From: Elusimicrobia bacterium CG03_land_8_20_14_0_80_50_18
GTDB taxonomy: Bacteria > CG03
DNA length: 41,855 nt
NCBI GenBank assembly: GCA_002780705.1
Contig: PEUP01000004.1
Span: 1-41,855 of the forward strand
Direction of reading: 5' to 3'
In this document: positions 9,674 through 18,035 of the stretch, piece by piece
How the letters are laid out: every line of letters starts with the position of its first letter
How positions within the stretch are numbered: position 1 is the stretch's first letter
The notes under the pieces: model-generated
Seen by the model: only the letters and a program-made list of their open reading frames with translations
What the model was told of the DNA's origin: nothing
Databases searched by the model: none
Position numbers and translations under genes: made by a program

Positions 9674-10426
9674 ATGTTCTCCATCAGATTAAAAGACTTT
9701 AATTTTGAGAAAATCTTCAACTCGGGCCTGTTTTATTTTTTTTATGACAGCACTCCAAAACGCAGAATCCCCACGGCTAAGAAAATCATCACACTGAGCT
9801 TCGCCCAAAACCGGAACATCCTGCGTGTGGACACAAGCTCTTCTCTGGATGATGACGAGGAAAAAAGCGTAAAAAAACGCCTGCGCTACTGTTTCGGCGC
9901 TGACGAGAATATGGACGAATTTTATTCTCTCTGCTCGCGGGACAGGGTGTTGAAAAATTTTCTGCCCCGCATAAAAGGCACAAGGATAATTTCGGCCTAT
10001 TCCGATTTTGAGGCCCTGGTGGGGGCGGTCGTCTCGCAGAACAATTCCTATATGCATTACCGCGCTCAAATGCTCAGACTGTGCAGTGAACTGAATTTCA
10101 AACGCGAAAACTATCTCGGTAACCTGGATAAATTCCGTCTGGGCTATAAAAGCGCCTATCTGAAAAATCTCGCGGAGGGTTTCGGCAGGACAGCTCTTGA
10201 AAAAATAAAAGGCATCGGCGCTTATTCCCTGAACCTCTTTGAAATATTCCAGAAAAGAAATTACAGCGCTTTTTACATAGACTGCCTCACGGAAAAAATC
10301 ATGAGAGAAAGCTATCGCGCACACTCGGATCTTGATGAAGCGTCAAAAAAACTCTGGGGAAAATGGCGGGGGCTGGCACTGGCCTATCTTCAGCGCTTTT
10401 TTGAGCAGAAGCCTCAAAACGCTTAA
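9674..10426 (+). CDS. HhH-GPD superfamily DNA glycosylase (Ogg/AlkA-like)
   Basis: 250 aa. N-terminal FNFEKIFNSGLFYFF resembles the Ogg LxxTLxSGQxF motif. It also has FEALVGAVVSQNNS, the helix-hairpin-helix KIKGIGAYSLNLF, and a downstream Asp (FYIDCLTEKI). The region is visibly AT-richer than its neighbours. Confidence 0.55.
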   Translation: MFSIRLKDFNFEKIFNSGLFYFFYDSTPKRRIPTAKKIITLSFAQNRNILRVDTSSSLDDDEEKSVKKRLRYCFGADENMDEFYSLCSRDRVLKNFLPRIKGTRIISAYSDFEALVGAVVSQNNSYMHYRAQMLRLCSELNFKRENYLGNLDKFRLGYKSAYLKNLAEGFGRTALEKIKGIGAYSLNLFEIFQKRNYSAFYIDCLTEKIMRESYRAHSDLDEASKKLWGKWRGLALAYLQRFFEQKPQNA

Positions 10427-10465
10427 TCGTTTACAATGGCGCCAAAAAGTATTAAAATCAGAGCT

Positions 10466-11650
10466 ATGAAAAAAACACTCTACGGGCTTCTGCTCCTTGC
10501 CGCCGCGGGAATCGCCGTAAGCGCCGCCTTCGGATCATGCCGCCGCCGGCAGTCGGGATCGATCGCCTCTGACACCGTCTGGAAAGGCAGAGTGAAACTC
10601 ACCGGGGATGTCGTTGTTGAGCGAAGAGCAGCGCTGACGGTGGAGGCGGGAACCATTATTTATTACGCCGGCAAAGCCGATAACCAGGTGCGCTACATAC
10701 GGGAGGAGGCCGCCGGGCCCTTCAACATACTTCAGAATGATAAAATGGAAATACTGGTTGAGGGAAAACTCTATATACGCGGCAGGGCCGAAAAACCGGT
10801 GAAGTTCATAGAATCGCCCTCTTTCGGAGGCATCGTATTCCTCGGAAACAATCCTTCGGAAATATCTTTCACCGAATTCACCGGCGGGGATGTGCCTGTG
10901 CGGGTCTACGGCGAAAACAAAGTCGTGATTTCAAACAGCATTTTCCGCGACGCGGAGCTGGCGGGAATAGGATACTGGGATCTCGCGGGCGGCAAAATAA
11001 CAAATAGTGTTTTTGAAAACTGCCGGCACGCCATAGGCGTGTCGGATTTCGCCGCGCCTGAAATATCCAGCTCCTCTGTTCTTTTCTCCAAAATGGCCGG
11101 AATATTCTGCGAAGGGAATTCGGCTCCTGTCATCACAGGTTGCAGAATAGAGGGCAACAACGCAGGCATAGCCGCCGGCGGCATTTCTGCGCCGAAAATT
11201 TTTTCCTCTTCCATTCTTGGAAACGGCGCGGGGGTGTCTGTCTGGTCCAATGCCTCGGTTGTAATTGAGGACTGCAGAATCATGAAAAATGTCAGCGGCG
11301 TATTCTTCCAGGACGAGGGCGCAGGGACAGTCAGTAACAGCCTGCTGAGCTACAACGGCGCCGCCGTGTCGGCGGCGGCTGTTTCGCGGCCCGTAATAGA
11401 CGGGAATGTTTTCACCGGAAACGACAGCGCCGTCATTCTGCGGGATAATTCCAGCGCTTCCATCAGCAACAACACAATAAGCGGAAAAGAGGGGATACAG
11501 CTGGCGGAGCTGTCACGCGCAAGGATAACGCACAACAGCTTCAGCGACTGCCTCACCGCGGTCAAACTCACGAACCGCAGCAGCGCTGTCCTGCAATCCA
11601 ACAGCATGTCCGCGGTTAAAAATACGCTTGTTGACGAACGCGTAAAATGA
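10466..11650 (+). CDS. Lipoprotein with right-handed parallel beta-helix repeats (NosD/pectin-lyase-fold-like)
   Basis: The track ORF is 10436..11650. The internal Met gives MKKTLYGLLLLAAAGIAVSAAFGSC, a lipobox-like signal. The body is many ~22-aa repeats of the type xIxxNxIxxNxxGI (ISNSIFRD, ITNSVFENC, ITGCRIEGNNAGI, SSSILGNGAGV, IDGNVFTGNDSAV, ISNNTISG). Confidence 0.6.
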   Translation: MKKTLYGLLLLAAAGIAVSAAFGSCRRRQSGSIASDTVWKGRVKLTGDVVVERRAALTVEAGTIIYYAGKADNQVRYIREEAAGPFNILQNDKMEILVEGKLYIRGRAEKPVKFIESPSFGGIVFLGNNPSEISFTEFTGGDVPVRVYGENKVVISNSIFRDAELAGIGYWDLAGGKITNSVFENCRHAIGVSDFAAPEISSSSVLFSKMAGIFCEGNSAPVITGCRIEGNNAGIAAGGISAPKIFSSSILGNGAGVSVWSNASVVIEDCRIMKNVSGVFFQDEGAGTVSNSLLSYNGAAVSAAAVSRPVIDGNVFTGNDSAVILRDNSSASISNNTISGKEGIQLAELSRARITHNSFSDCLTAVKLTNRSSAVLQSNSMSAVKNTLVDERVK

Positions 11651-12366
11651 AAATAGCGATCTTTGCCAACACGGGCAGGGCGAAAGTCAGAAAAAATCTC
11701 ACGCTCCTTAAAAAAATCCTGAAAAAAGAGGGGATCGCTGTCTCTAAATCCGGATTTGACACGGCTTTTGTGCTCGGAGGAGACGGCTGGCTCCTTAAGA
11801 CACTCCGTGGACTGCGCTCAAAAAATGTGTCAATCTATTTTTTCCCTATGGGTGAAAACACCCACGCAAGAGGATTCAAAATCAGCGACACTTCCAAAAT
11901 ACTGGCAGGCTCGCTGAAAGCTCTGAAATACCGGCCGCCATATCTCCAGAGTTCAATGACGGCTTTCAACGACATTGTTATAAGGACCGGGAAAGTGGCG
12001 CGCACAATGAAATACGAGGTAAGGGCGGGCGGCAAAACAATGCGCTGTGAAGGCGATGGGGTCATTGTGTCCACACCGTTGGGTTCAACGGCCTACAATT
12101 TGGCGGCCGGCGGCAAGAGCCTTCCTCTCGGATCTAAAAAAACCGCTGTCACCCCCATTCTGACTTTCCGGGGGAACAGCAAAGGGATGCTTGCGGGAGA
12201 CAAGCTGAACATAAGCGTTAATATACTGAGCAAACAGGGGGATGTGTGGGAAATAGCCGACGGCTGCCTTATAAAACCCGCGGCGTCTCTGACAAAAATA
12301 AGCCGGAAAAAGGCGTCGTGCAGGATAATATTCCCAGCGACACAAAAATCAGGAGGCAAAAAATGA
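11647..12366 (+). CDS. nadK: NAD(+) kinase
   Basis: 239 aa. GGDG motif (FVLGGDGWLL) and STPLGSTAYNLAAGG motif. ATGA overlap with the upstream gene. Confidence 0.85.
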   Translation: MKIAIFANTGRAKVRKNLTLLKKILKKEGIAVSKSGFDTAFVLGGDGWLLKTLRGLRSKNVSIYFFPMGENTHARGFKISDTSKILAGSLKALKYRPPYLQSSMTAFNDIVIRTGKVARTMKYEVRAGGKTMRCEGDGVIVSTPLGSTAYNLAAGGKSLPLGSKKTAVTPILTFRGNSKGMLAGDKLNISVNILSKQGDVWEIADGCLIKPAASLTKISRKKASCRIIFPATQKSGGKK

Positions 12367-12833
12367 TAGCAAAGGCCAATGTACAGGACGCGAAACAGGT
12401 TTACGAGATAATAAGAAAGCACGCCGCCAAAAGCGCCCTGCTGCCAAGGCCGCTCGTGGCGGTTTACGAGCATATCAGAGAATTTTTTGTTTATCGCGTA
12501 AAGGGCAAAATACGCGGCATTGTCGCTCTGCACATCGTGTGGGAAGATATGGCAGAAGTCCGCTCCCTTGTCGTTGATGTCCGCCACAGAAAGAAAGGCA
12601 TCGGCCGGAAACTGGTCGAGAAAACTCTTGAAGAGGCGGGAATCCTCAATATTCCCAATGTGTTCGCCCTCACCCGGGAAGAGGCTTTTTTTAAACACAT
12701 AGGGTTCAAAAGGGTTGCGAAAAACAAACTGCCCCAGAAGGTCTGGAAGGACTGTATAAACTGCCCGCTCTTTCCGGACTGCGACGAGGTGCCTGTTATA
12801 TTCCGTCTGAAAAATAACGCCGGTCAAAAATGA
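12363..12833 (+). CDS. GNAT-family N-acetyltransferase (short N-acetylglutamate-synthase-like type)
   Basis: The track ORF 12246..12833 overlaps nadK. The in-frame ATG at 12363 (ATGA overlap with the nadK stop) gives MIAKANVQDAKQVYEII.... It has the acetyl-CoA motif VDVRHRKKGIGRKLVE and a C-terminal WKDCINCPLFPDCDE tail. Confidence 0.75.
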   Translation: MIAKANVQDAKQVYEIIRKHAAKSALLPRPLVAVYEHIREFFVYRVKGKIRGIVALHIVWEDMAEVRSLVVDVRHRKKGIGRKLVEKTLEEAGILNIPNVFALTREEAFFKHIGFKRVAKNKLPQKVWKDCINCPLFPDCDEVPVIFRLKNNAGQK

Positions 12834-12891
12834 AAGGCGGGCCTGCTCACGATAGCCGGGAATCTACTTAAGGATTTAAACATCTAAGGAA

Positions 12892-13500
12892 ATGGAAGCG
12901 AAAAAAAACGGCAGCATTAGCGATGATGAGCTTGTAAAGCTGTCGCGGAACGGGGATAAAAACGCTTTTGGGGAGCTTGTAAAACGCCATGAGGGGAAAG
13001 TGTACGCCCTGGGTTTCAGGTTCATGAAAAACAGAGAAGACGCCGCCGATGTCATGCAGGACACTTTTCTGCAGGCATACAGAAAGCTCGGCTCATTTGA
13101 GGGCAAATCAGCTTTTTCCACATGGCTATACCGGATCGCGGTGAATATATGCCTGATGAGGAAGCGCAAAAAAAAATTAGAGTATGTGTCCTTTGATAGC
13201 GCCATTGAATCGGAATCCGGCGGAGACGATATAAAACGGGAACCTGTTGACTGGTCGGACGAGCCGCTGGAACTGGCCGACAAAAAGCAGGTCAGGGAAA
13301 AAATAGAGAAAGCGCTCTCCAAGATGCCGGGAGAATACCGGGAGGTGGTGGTGTTGCGGGATATGGACGGATTTTCAAATAACGCGGTGGCCGATATGCT
13401 CAAAATATCACTGCCCGCCGTTAAATCCCGCCTCCACAAGGGCAGGATGTACCTTAGGAAAGAGCTTTCGGATTATTTCCGGAGCAGAGGGGAATTATGA
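12892..13500 (+). CDS. ECF-type RNA polymerase sigma factor (sigma-70 family, regions 2 and 4)
   Basis: 202 aa. Region 2 is FGELVKRHEGKVYALGFRFMKNREDAADVMQDTFLQAYRKL...FSTWLYRIAVN. Region 4 is EYREVVVLRDMDGFSNNAVADMLKISLPAVKSRLHKGR. Confidence 0.9.
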   Translation: MEAKKNGSISDDELVKLSRNGDKNAFGELVKRHEGKVYALGFRFMKNREDAADVMQDTFLQAYRKLGSFEGKSAFSTWLYRIAVNICLMRKRKKKLEYVSFDSAIESESGGDDIKREPVDWSDEPLELADKKQVREKIEKALSKMPGEYREVVVLRDMDGFSNNAVADMLKISLPAVKSRLHKGRMYLRKELSDYFRSRGEL

Positions 13501-13802
13501 AAGACCTGGATAAGCTGCTGCGCTGTATGGAAGAACGCATAGACAGCAAAATAGACAGCGATTTTCTCTCCTTCGGCGGCACTTTATTTGACCGGAAGGC
13601 CTTCTACGATAAAATCAGGCAACTTTTGGAGGGGGAAGGTTTTGACGAAGTGATGGAAAGCCCCGATGAAGAATACTGCGCGGCGGTGCTCAGAACACTT
13701 TGCCGCACAATCTGTTTATGCAGGGAAATGGATGAAATGGAAGTGCCGGAAGACATACACTCAAAACTCCTGAAGGCGATTGAAGAGGAATTAAAAGACT
13801 GA
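13497..13802 (+). CDS. Small acidic Cys-rich protein translationally coupled to the ECF sigma gene (candidate soluble anti-sigma factor)
   Basis: 101 aa with an ATGA overlap onto the sigma gene stop. It has no hydrophobic helix and five Cys residues (C10, then YCAAVLRTLCRTICLCRE), with no canonical HxxxCxxC ZAS motif. The function is assigned by position only. Confidence 0.4.
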   Translation: MKDLDKLLRCMEERIDSKIDSDFLSFGGTLFDRKAFYDKIRQLLEGEGFDEVMESPDEEYCAAVLRTLCRTICLCREMDEMEVPEDIHSKLLKAIEEELKD

Positions 13803-13919
13803 CGGCTTTGAATCTGTTTCAGCATCAAGGCATCTAAAGCGGAAGAGCCTCTTTGACGGCTATGACGCGGGGGCCGAATGACCATGGAATCAGACTAAAC
13901 ATGAACGCGGGGAGGAATA

Positions 13920-16484
13920 ATGAGACTTGATAAATTGACCTTAAAAGCTCAGGAAGCGATGGCGGAGATGCAGGATATCGCCAGGCGCCTGGAACACCAG
14001 CGCCTGGACGGAGAGCATCTGCTGCTGGCTCTTTTGAGCCAGAAAGACGGAATAGCTCCGGCTCTGATAGAAACATCGGGCGGCAATCCCGGAGAAATAA
14101 GCCGGAGCCTGGAAACAGCGCTTGCGGCCCAGGCCAAAGTTTCAGGTGGCGGCGAGCCGTATATGAGTCCCTCTCTTGACAAAATACTTAAAAACGCTTT
14201 TTCTGAAGCGGCAAAATTAAAAGACGAATATGTCTCCGTTGAACATCTGCTCCTGTCTGTCATTTCTTCAGGCGGAGTATCCGCTGAAATTCTAAAAAAA
14301 CACGGAATCACTCATAACTCTCTGCTGGCCGCTATGAAAGAGATAAGGGGAGGGAGCTCCGTGACGGACCCGGATCCGGAAAGCAAATATCAATCTCTTG
14401 AAAAATACGCGCAAGACCTGACGGCTCTCGCCCGCGCGGGCAAACTCGACCCCGTTATAGGAAGAGACGCTGAAATCCGCAGGATAATCCAGGTGCTGTC
14501 GCGGCGCACAAAGAACAACCCCGTTCTCATAGGCGACCCGGGTGTCGGGAAAACAGCCATAGCCGAGGGCCTGGCGCGAAGGATAGTGGAAGGCGATGTG
14601 CCGGACACGCTGAAAAACAAAAAAGTGCTGGCCCTGGACATGGGCTCCATGCTGGCGGGCGCGAAATTCCGCGGCGAATTTGAGGAGAGGTTCAAGGCGG
14701 TGCTGAGGGAAATTAAATCAGCCGCCGGGAAGGTCATACTTTTCATTGACGAACTTCACACGATCGTCGGGGCCGGAAACGCCGAAGGAGCCGTTGACGC
14801 GTCCAATATGCTCAAACCCGCTCTCGCGCGGGGCGAACTGCGCTGTGTCGGAGCCACCACTCTTGACGAGTACAGGAAGTATATAGAAAAAGACCCCGCT
14901 CTTGAACGCCGTTTTCAGCAGATATTCATAAAAGAACCCGATGCGGAAGACACCATAGCCATTCTGCGGGGACTCAAGGAAAAATATGAAATATTCCACG
15001 GAATCAAAATCAAAGATTCCGCTCTGGTGGCCGCGGCGACGCTCTCCGACAGATATATATCTGACAGATTTCTGCCGGATAAAGCGATAGACCTCGTGGA
15101 CGAAGCGGCTTCTAAACTTCACATAGAGATAGACAGCATGCCCGGAGAAATAGATGAGATTGAGAGAAGAGCCCGCCAGCTTGAGATAGAGAAAGCGGCG
15201 TTAAGGAAGGAAAAGGACGCCGAGAGCAAAAACAGACTGAAAAAAATAGAAAAGGAGCTGGCTGATCTTAATGAAAAAAATAAAGCTCTCAAGGCGCACT
15301 GGAAACTTGAAAGGGACTCCATCAAAGCGATACATTCCTTTAAAGACGCTGTGGAAAAAGCCAAAACCGAACAGGCCCGGGCCGAACGCGAAGGCAACCT
15401 TGAAAAAGCCGCCGAACTCAAATATGGGACAATAGTGGATATAGTCAAAAAAATAGAGGATGAGACAAAAACACTCTCAAAAATCCAGTCTTCCCTGCAG
15501 CTCCTCAAAGAAGAAGTTGACGAGGAAGACATCGCCGAGGTGGTGTCAAAATGGACAGGTATCCCCGTGTCAAAAATGCTTGAGAGCGAGATGCAGAAAC
15601 TTATTGTCATGGATGAACAGCTGAAAAAACGGGTGGTCGGGCAGGACAAGGCAGTCGGCCTTGTCAGTGACGCCGTGCGCCGCGCCAGGGCCGGGCTTCA
15701 GGATGAGAACCGGCCCGTGGGCTCTTTTATTTTTCTCGGCCCCACCGGAGTCGGAAAGACGGAACTTGCCAGAAGTCTAGCAGAATTCCTGTTCAACGAT
15801 GAAAGAGCGATGGTGAGAATAGACATGAGCGAATACATGGAGAAACATTCCGTTTCCCGTCTCGTCGGAGCGCCGCCCGGTTACGTGGGATACGACGAGG
15901 GCGGTCAGCTCACGGAAGCCGTCCGCAGGCGGCCCTACTCCGTAATACTTTTTGACGAAATTGAAAAAGCTCACGCCGATGTTTTCAACATGATGCTCCA
16001 GATTCTGGATGACGGCAGGCTCACCGACAGTCAGGGGCGCACCGTGAATTTCAAAAATACCATAATCATAATGACCTCCAATGTGGGAAGCGAATATCTC
16101 GCGGAAAAAAATTACAGCGAAAAACTCGTGACGGAGGCCTTACGGCAGAAATTTCGCCCGGAGTTCCTCAACAGACTGGACGAGATAATCGTGTTTTCGC
16201 CTTTAAGCCGCGAAAATATCAAAGCCGTTGTTGAAATACAGACATCAAGGCTTGTGAAAAAACTGGAAGAGAAAAACATGAGAGTGGAACTGAGCGCGAA
16301 GGCCAAGGAATATCTCGCGAGCGAAGGCTATGATCCCGATTACGGAGCGAGGCCGCTCAAGAGATTCATACAGAGAAACATTCTCAACCCTCTCGCCGGC
16401 AAGATTCTCTCCGGCGAATTCCGCCCGGGCGACAAAATCATCGTTGACGCCGATGCCAATGGCCTGAATTTCAGAAAAAAATAA
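13920..16484 (+). CDS. clpB: ATP-dependent chaperone/disaggregase ClpB
   Basis: 854 aa. Clp N-domain, two AAA+ modules ([16 protein letters not shown]), a long coiled-coil M-domain between them, and GARPLKR near the C-terminus. GGGGAGG lies upstream of the ATG. Confidence 0.95.
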   Translation: MRLDKLTLKAQEAMAEMQDIARRLEHQRLDGEHLLLALLSQKDGIAPALIETSGGNPGEISRSLETALAAQAKVSGGGEPYMSPSLDKILKNAFSEAAKLKDEYVSVEHLLLSVISSGGVSAEILKKHGITHNSLLAAMKEIRGGSSVTDPDPESKYQSLEKYAQDLTALARAGKLDPVIGRDAEIRRIIQVLSRRTKNNPVLIGDPGVGKTAIAEGLARRIVEGDVPDTLKNKKVLALDMGSMLAGAKFRGEFEERFKAVLREIKSAAGKVILFIDELHTIVGAGNAEGAVDASNMLKPALARGELRCVGATTLDEYRKYIEKDPALERRFQQIFIKEPDAEDTIAILRGLKEKYEIFHGIKIKDSALVAAATLSDRYISDRFLPDKAIDLVDEAASKLHIEIDSMPGEIDEIERRARQLEIEKAALRKEKDAESKNRLKKIEKELADLNEKNKALKAHWKLERDSIKAIHSFKDAVEKAKTEQARAEREGNLEKAAELKYGTIVDIVKKIEDETKTLSKIQSSLQLLKEEVDEEDIAEVVSKWTGIPVSKMLESEMQKLIVMDEQLKKRVVGQDKAVGLVSDAVRRARAGLQDENRPVGSFIFLGPTGVGKTELARSLAEFLFNDERAMVRIDMSEYMEKHSVSRLVGAPPGYVGYDEGGQLTEAVRRRPYSVILFDEIEKAHADVFNMMLQILDDGRLTDSQGRTVNFKNTIIIMTSNVGSEYLAEKNYSEKLVTEALRQKFRPEFLNRLDEIIVFSPLSRENIKAVVEIQTSRLVKKLEEKNMRVELSAKAKEYLASEGYDPDYGARPLKRFIQRNILNPLAGKILSGEFRPGDKIIVDADANGLNFRKK

Positions 16485-16504
16485 AACCAGGCGCCTCAGA
16501 TATC

Positions 16505-16520
16505 GCGGCTATAAAGCCGC
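16505..16520 (+). terminator. Short hairpin between convergent clpB and rubrerythrin genes (GCGGCT-ATAA-AGCCGC); weak terminator candidate
   Basis: 6-bp stem and 4-nt loop, 21 nt after the clpB stop. There is no clear U-tract on either strand. Confidence 0.3.
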
Positions 16521-16530
16521 TCCTACATTG

Positions 16531-16570
16531 ATTGCGACTGCCTGCCCCGCTTACCGGGGAGTGATCATCT
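16531..16570 (+). repeat. Partial copy of an intergenic repeat (ATTGCGACTGCCTG + CCCCG..CGGGG hairpin + GAGTGAT)
   Basis: ATTGCGACTGCCTGCCCCGCTTACCGGGGAGTGATCATC aligns by eye with 32739-32777 (ATTGCGACTGTCTGACGACCCCGTAGGGGGAGGATAAGC), which lies inside the inverted-repeat element. Confidence 0.5.
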
Positions 16571-16572
16571 TA

Positions 16573-17148
16573 TTACCAGTTTTCAGCGAGAAGCTGAAAA
16601 TGGGCCTGAGGATGGGCGCAGGCGGGACATTCTTGCGGGGCCTCGATGCCCTCGTGTATATAGCCGCAGTTTCCGCAGCGCCATTTCACCGGAGCGTCTT
16701 TTTTGAAAACTTTTCCGTCGTTTATATTTTTCAGAAGTCCGAGAAAGCGTTTTTCGTGCTGTTTTTCGGCTATGGCTATTGAGCGCATGGCCGCGGCAAT
16801 CTCCGGAAAACATTCTTCATCCGCTATCTTCGCGAAACCGGGATACATTTCCGTGTGCTCGTGGTTCTCGCCCGCAGCGGCTCCTTTGAGATTCTCGGCC
16901 GTAGTGCCCACAACACCCGACGGGAAAGAGGCGTTTATCCCGGCCTCGCCGCCCGTCATGAATTTAAAAAGCCTCTTGGCATGCTCTTTTTCGTTCGCTG
17001 CGGTTTCGCTGAATATATCCGACACCTGCACAAAACCCTCTTTCTTAGCTTTTGAAGCGAAAAACTCATAGCGGTTACGCGCCTGCGATTCCCCGGCAAA
17101 AGCCGCCATCAGATTTTTTTCCGTCTTTGTTCCTTTTAAATCCGCCAT
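16573..17148 (-). CDS. Rubrerythrin
   Basis: The track ORF extends to 17232. The internal ATG at comp. 17146-17148, preceded by AAAGGAGGAG, gives MADLKGTKTEKNLMAAFAGESQARNRYEFFA, a typical rubrerythrin N-terminus. It has a ferritin-like diiron domain and a C-terminal rubredoxin-like CGNCG...CPACAHP. Confidence 0.92.
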   Translation of the reverse strand: MADLKGTKTEKNLMAAFAGESQARNRYEFFASKAKKEGFVQVSDIFSETAANEKEHAKRLFKFMTGGEAGINASFPSGVVGTTAENLKGAAAGENHEHTEMYPGFAKIADEECFPEIAAAMRSIAIAEKQHEKRFLGLLKNINDGKVFKKDAPVKWRCGNCGYIHEGIEAPQECPACAHPQAHFQLLAENW

Positions 17149-17192
17149 TTCTATTTCTCCTCCTTTTACAACAGTTGCAGCTAACGCTCTGC

Positions 17193-17896
17193 TTAATCCG
17201 TTTCCTTGAACTCTTCCTTTCCGACTCCGCAAACGGGGCAGACCCAGTCGTCCGGAAGGTCGCTAAAAGGCGTGCCCGCGGCTATTCCCGAATCAGGATC
17301 TCCGACCGCGGGATCATAAACATAGTTGCACACAGTGCACACATATTTCTGCATATTTGCCTCCTCCTTCCCTGCCTCCCTCTTCACTATGCCGCTCGGT
17401 ACGGGAGCCGTATCGGGCGTAGTGCCTTTCTTCACAACATGATAATACTCATAGGTCATGGGCTCACCGGATTTGACATTTTCCGCTCCGGTCAGTTTTC
17501 CTATAAAAATATCATGCGTGAGAGAGTCCACCACCTTGATGACTTTGCACTCCATGTGAGCCAGCGTGTGCTCAAGAAGCAACGGGGCCCCAGATGGACT
17601 CTTTTTGTAATTTATGTCCTTGAATTTGTCTATATCTCTGCCCGACTTGAAACCCAAGAGCCCGATTAGTTTCATCGGGCTTTCTTTTTCAAGCACGGAA
17701 ACGGTGAAAACCCTGGATGAGCTTATAAACTCATGGCTGAGATTTTTTTTGTTAATGCACACGGCCAGAACCGCGGGTTGGCGGAGACCTGGAATAAAGT
17801 GTTCGCTATCTGGGCATTCATCCTGCCGTCAAAAAACGAACCCACCGCATACATGCCGTAACTCAGTTTAAAAAGCGCGGTCTGATATGTGTTCAT
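17193..17896 (-). pseudogene. Flavin-reductase-domain + rubredoxin fusion (high-molecular-weight rubredoxin, Hrb-like), interrupted by an apparent 1-nt frameshift near 17771-17780
   Basis: The downstream frame (track ORF 17193..17762) encodes ...[13 protein letters not shown]...HDIFIGK...[12 protein letters not shown] plus the rubredoxin [10 protein letters not shown]...WVCPVCG. The missing N-terminus ([41 protein letters not shown]) is in another frame starting at comp. 17894-17896, which stops at comp. 17723-17725. Adding one C to the AACCCGCGG run restores ...[16 protein letters not shown].... Confidence 0.75.
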
Positions 17897-17902
17897 GTCG
17901 CC

Positions 17903-17931
17903 ATTATATCTAATTAACTACGGGACGGCAA
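17903..17931 (-). promoter_or_regulatory. Sigma70-type promoter TTGCCG-N17-TATAAT for the Hrb-like/rubrerythrin operon; -10 ends 6 nt before the ATG (leaderless geometry)
   Basis: Reverse strand: TTGCCG (comp. 17926-17931), 17-nt spacer, TATAAT (comp. 17903-17908), GGCGAC, then the ATG at comp. 17894-17896. No Shine-Dalgarno sequence is present. Confidence 0.55.
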
Positions 17932-17952
17932 ATAGGGGCCTTCCTGCACAGG

Positions 17953-17981
17953 TTGCAAAGTTGAGGGAATAGTTATATAAT
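17953..17981 (+). promoter_or_regulatory. Sigma70-type promoter TTGCAA-N17-TATAAT for the PLP-enzyme gene
   Basis: TTGCAA at 17953-17958, an exactly 17-nt spacer, and TATAAT at 17976-17981. This leaves a ~50-nt leader ending in GGGAGG before the ATG at 18036. Confidence 0.6.
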
Positions 17982-18035
17982 TTCCTCTAAAGCGTTCGCA
18001 ATAACGCGGACATGATAACACGGGAGGCAATAGTA

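Noticed and set aside
13160-13185. Poly-A runs of 8-9 nt inside genes as phase-variation switches (about 12901, 13171, 20441, 21481, 21581, 21941, 35451, 36171, 38331).
   Set aside because: They encode Lys-rich segments (KKK) in many unrelated housekeeping genes, including parB and the sigma factor. That reflects AAA codon preference rather than targeted contingency loci. All the frames are intact.
13871-13919. ECF-dependent promoter for clpB, based on the GGAATC box shared with the sigma gene upstream region.
   Set aside because: Only the 6-nt -35-like box is shared. No TCTAA-like -10 lies at the corresponding spacing, so the match may be chance. It is mentioned only as context in a finding.
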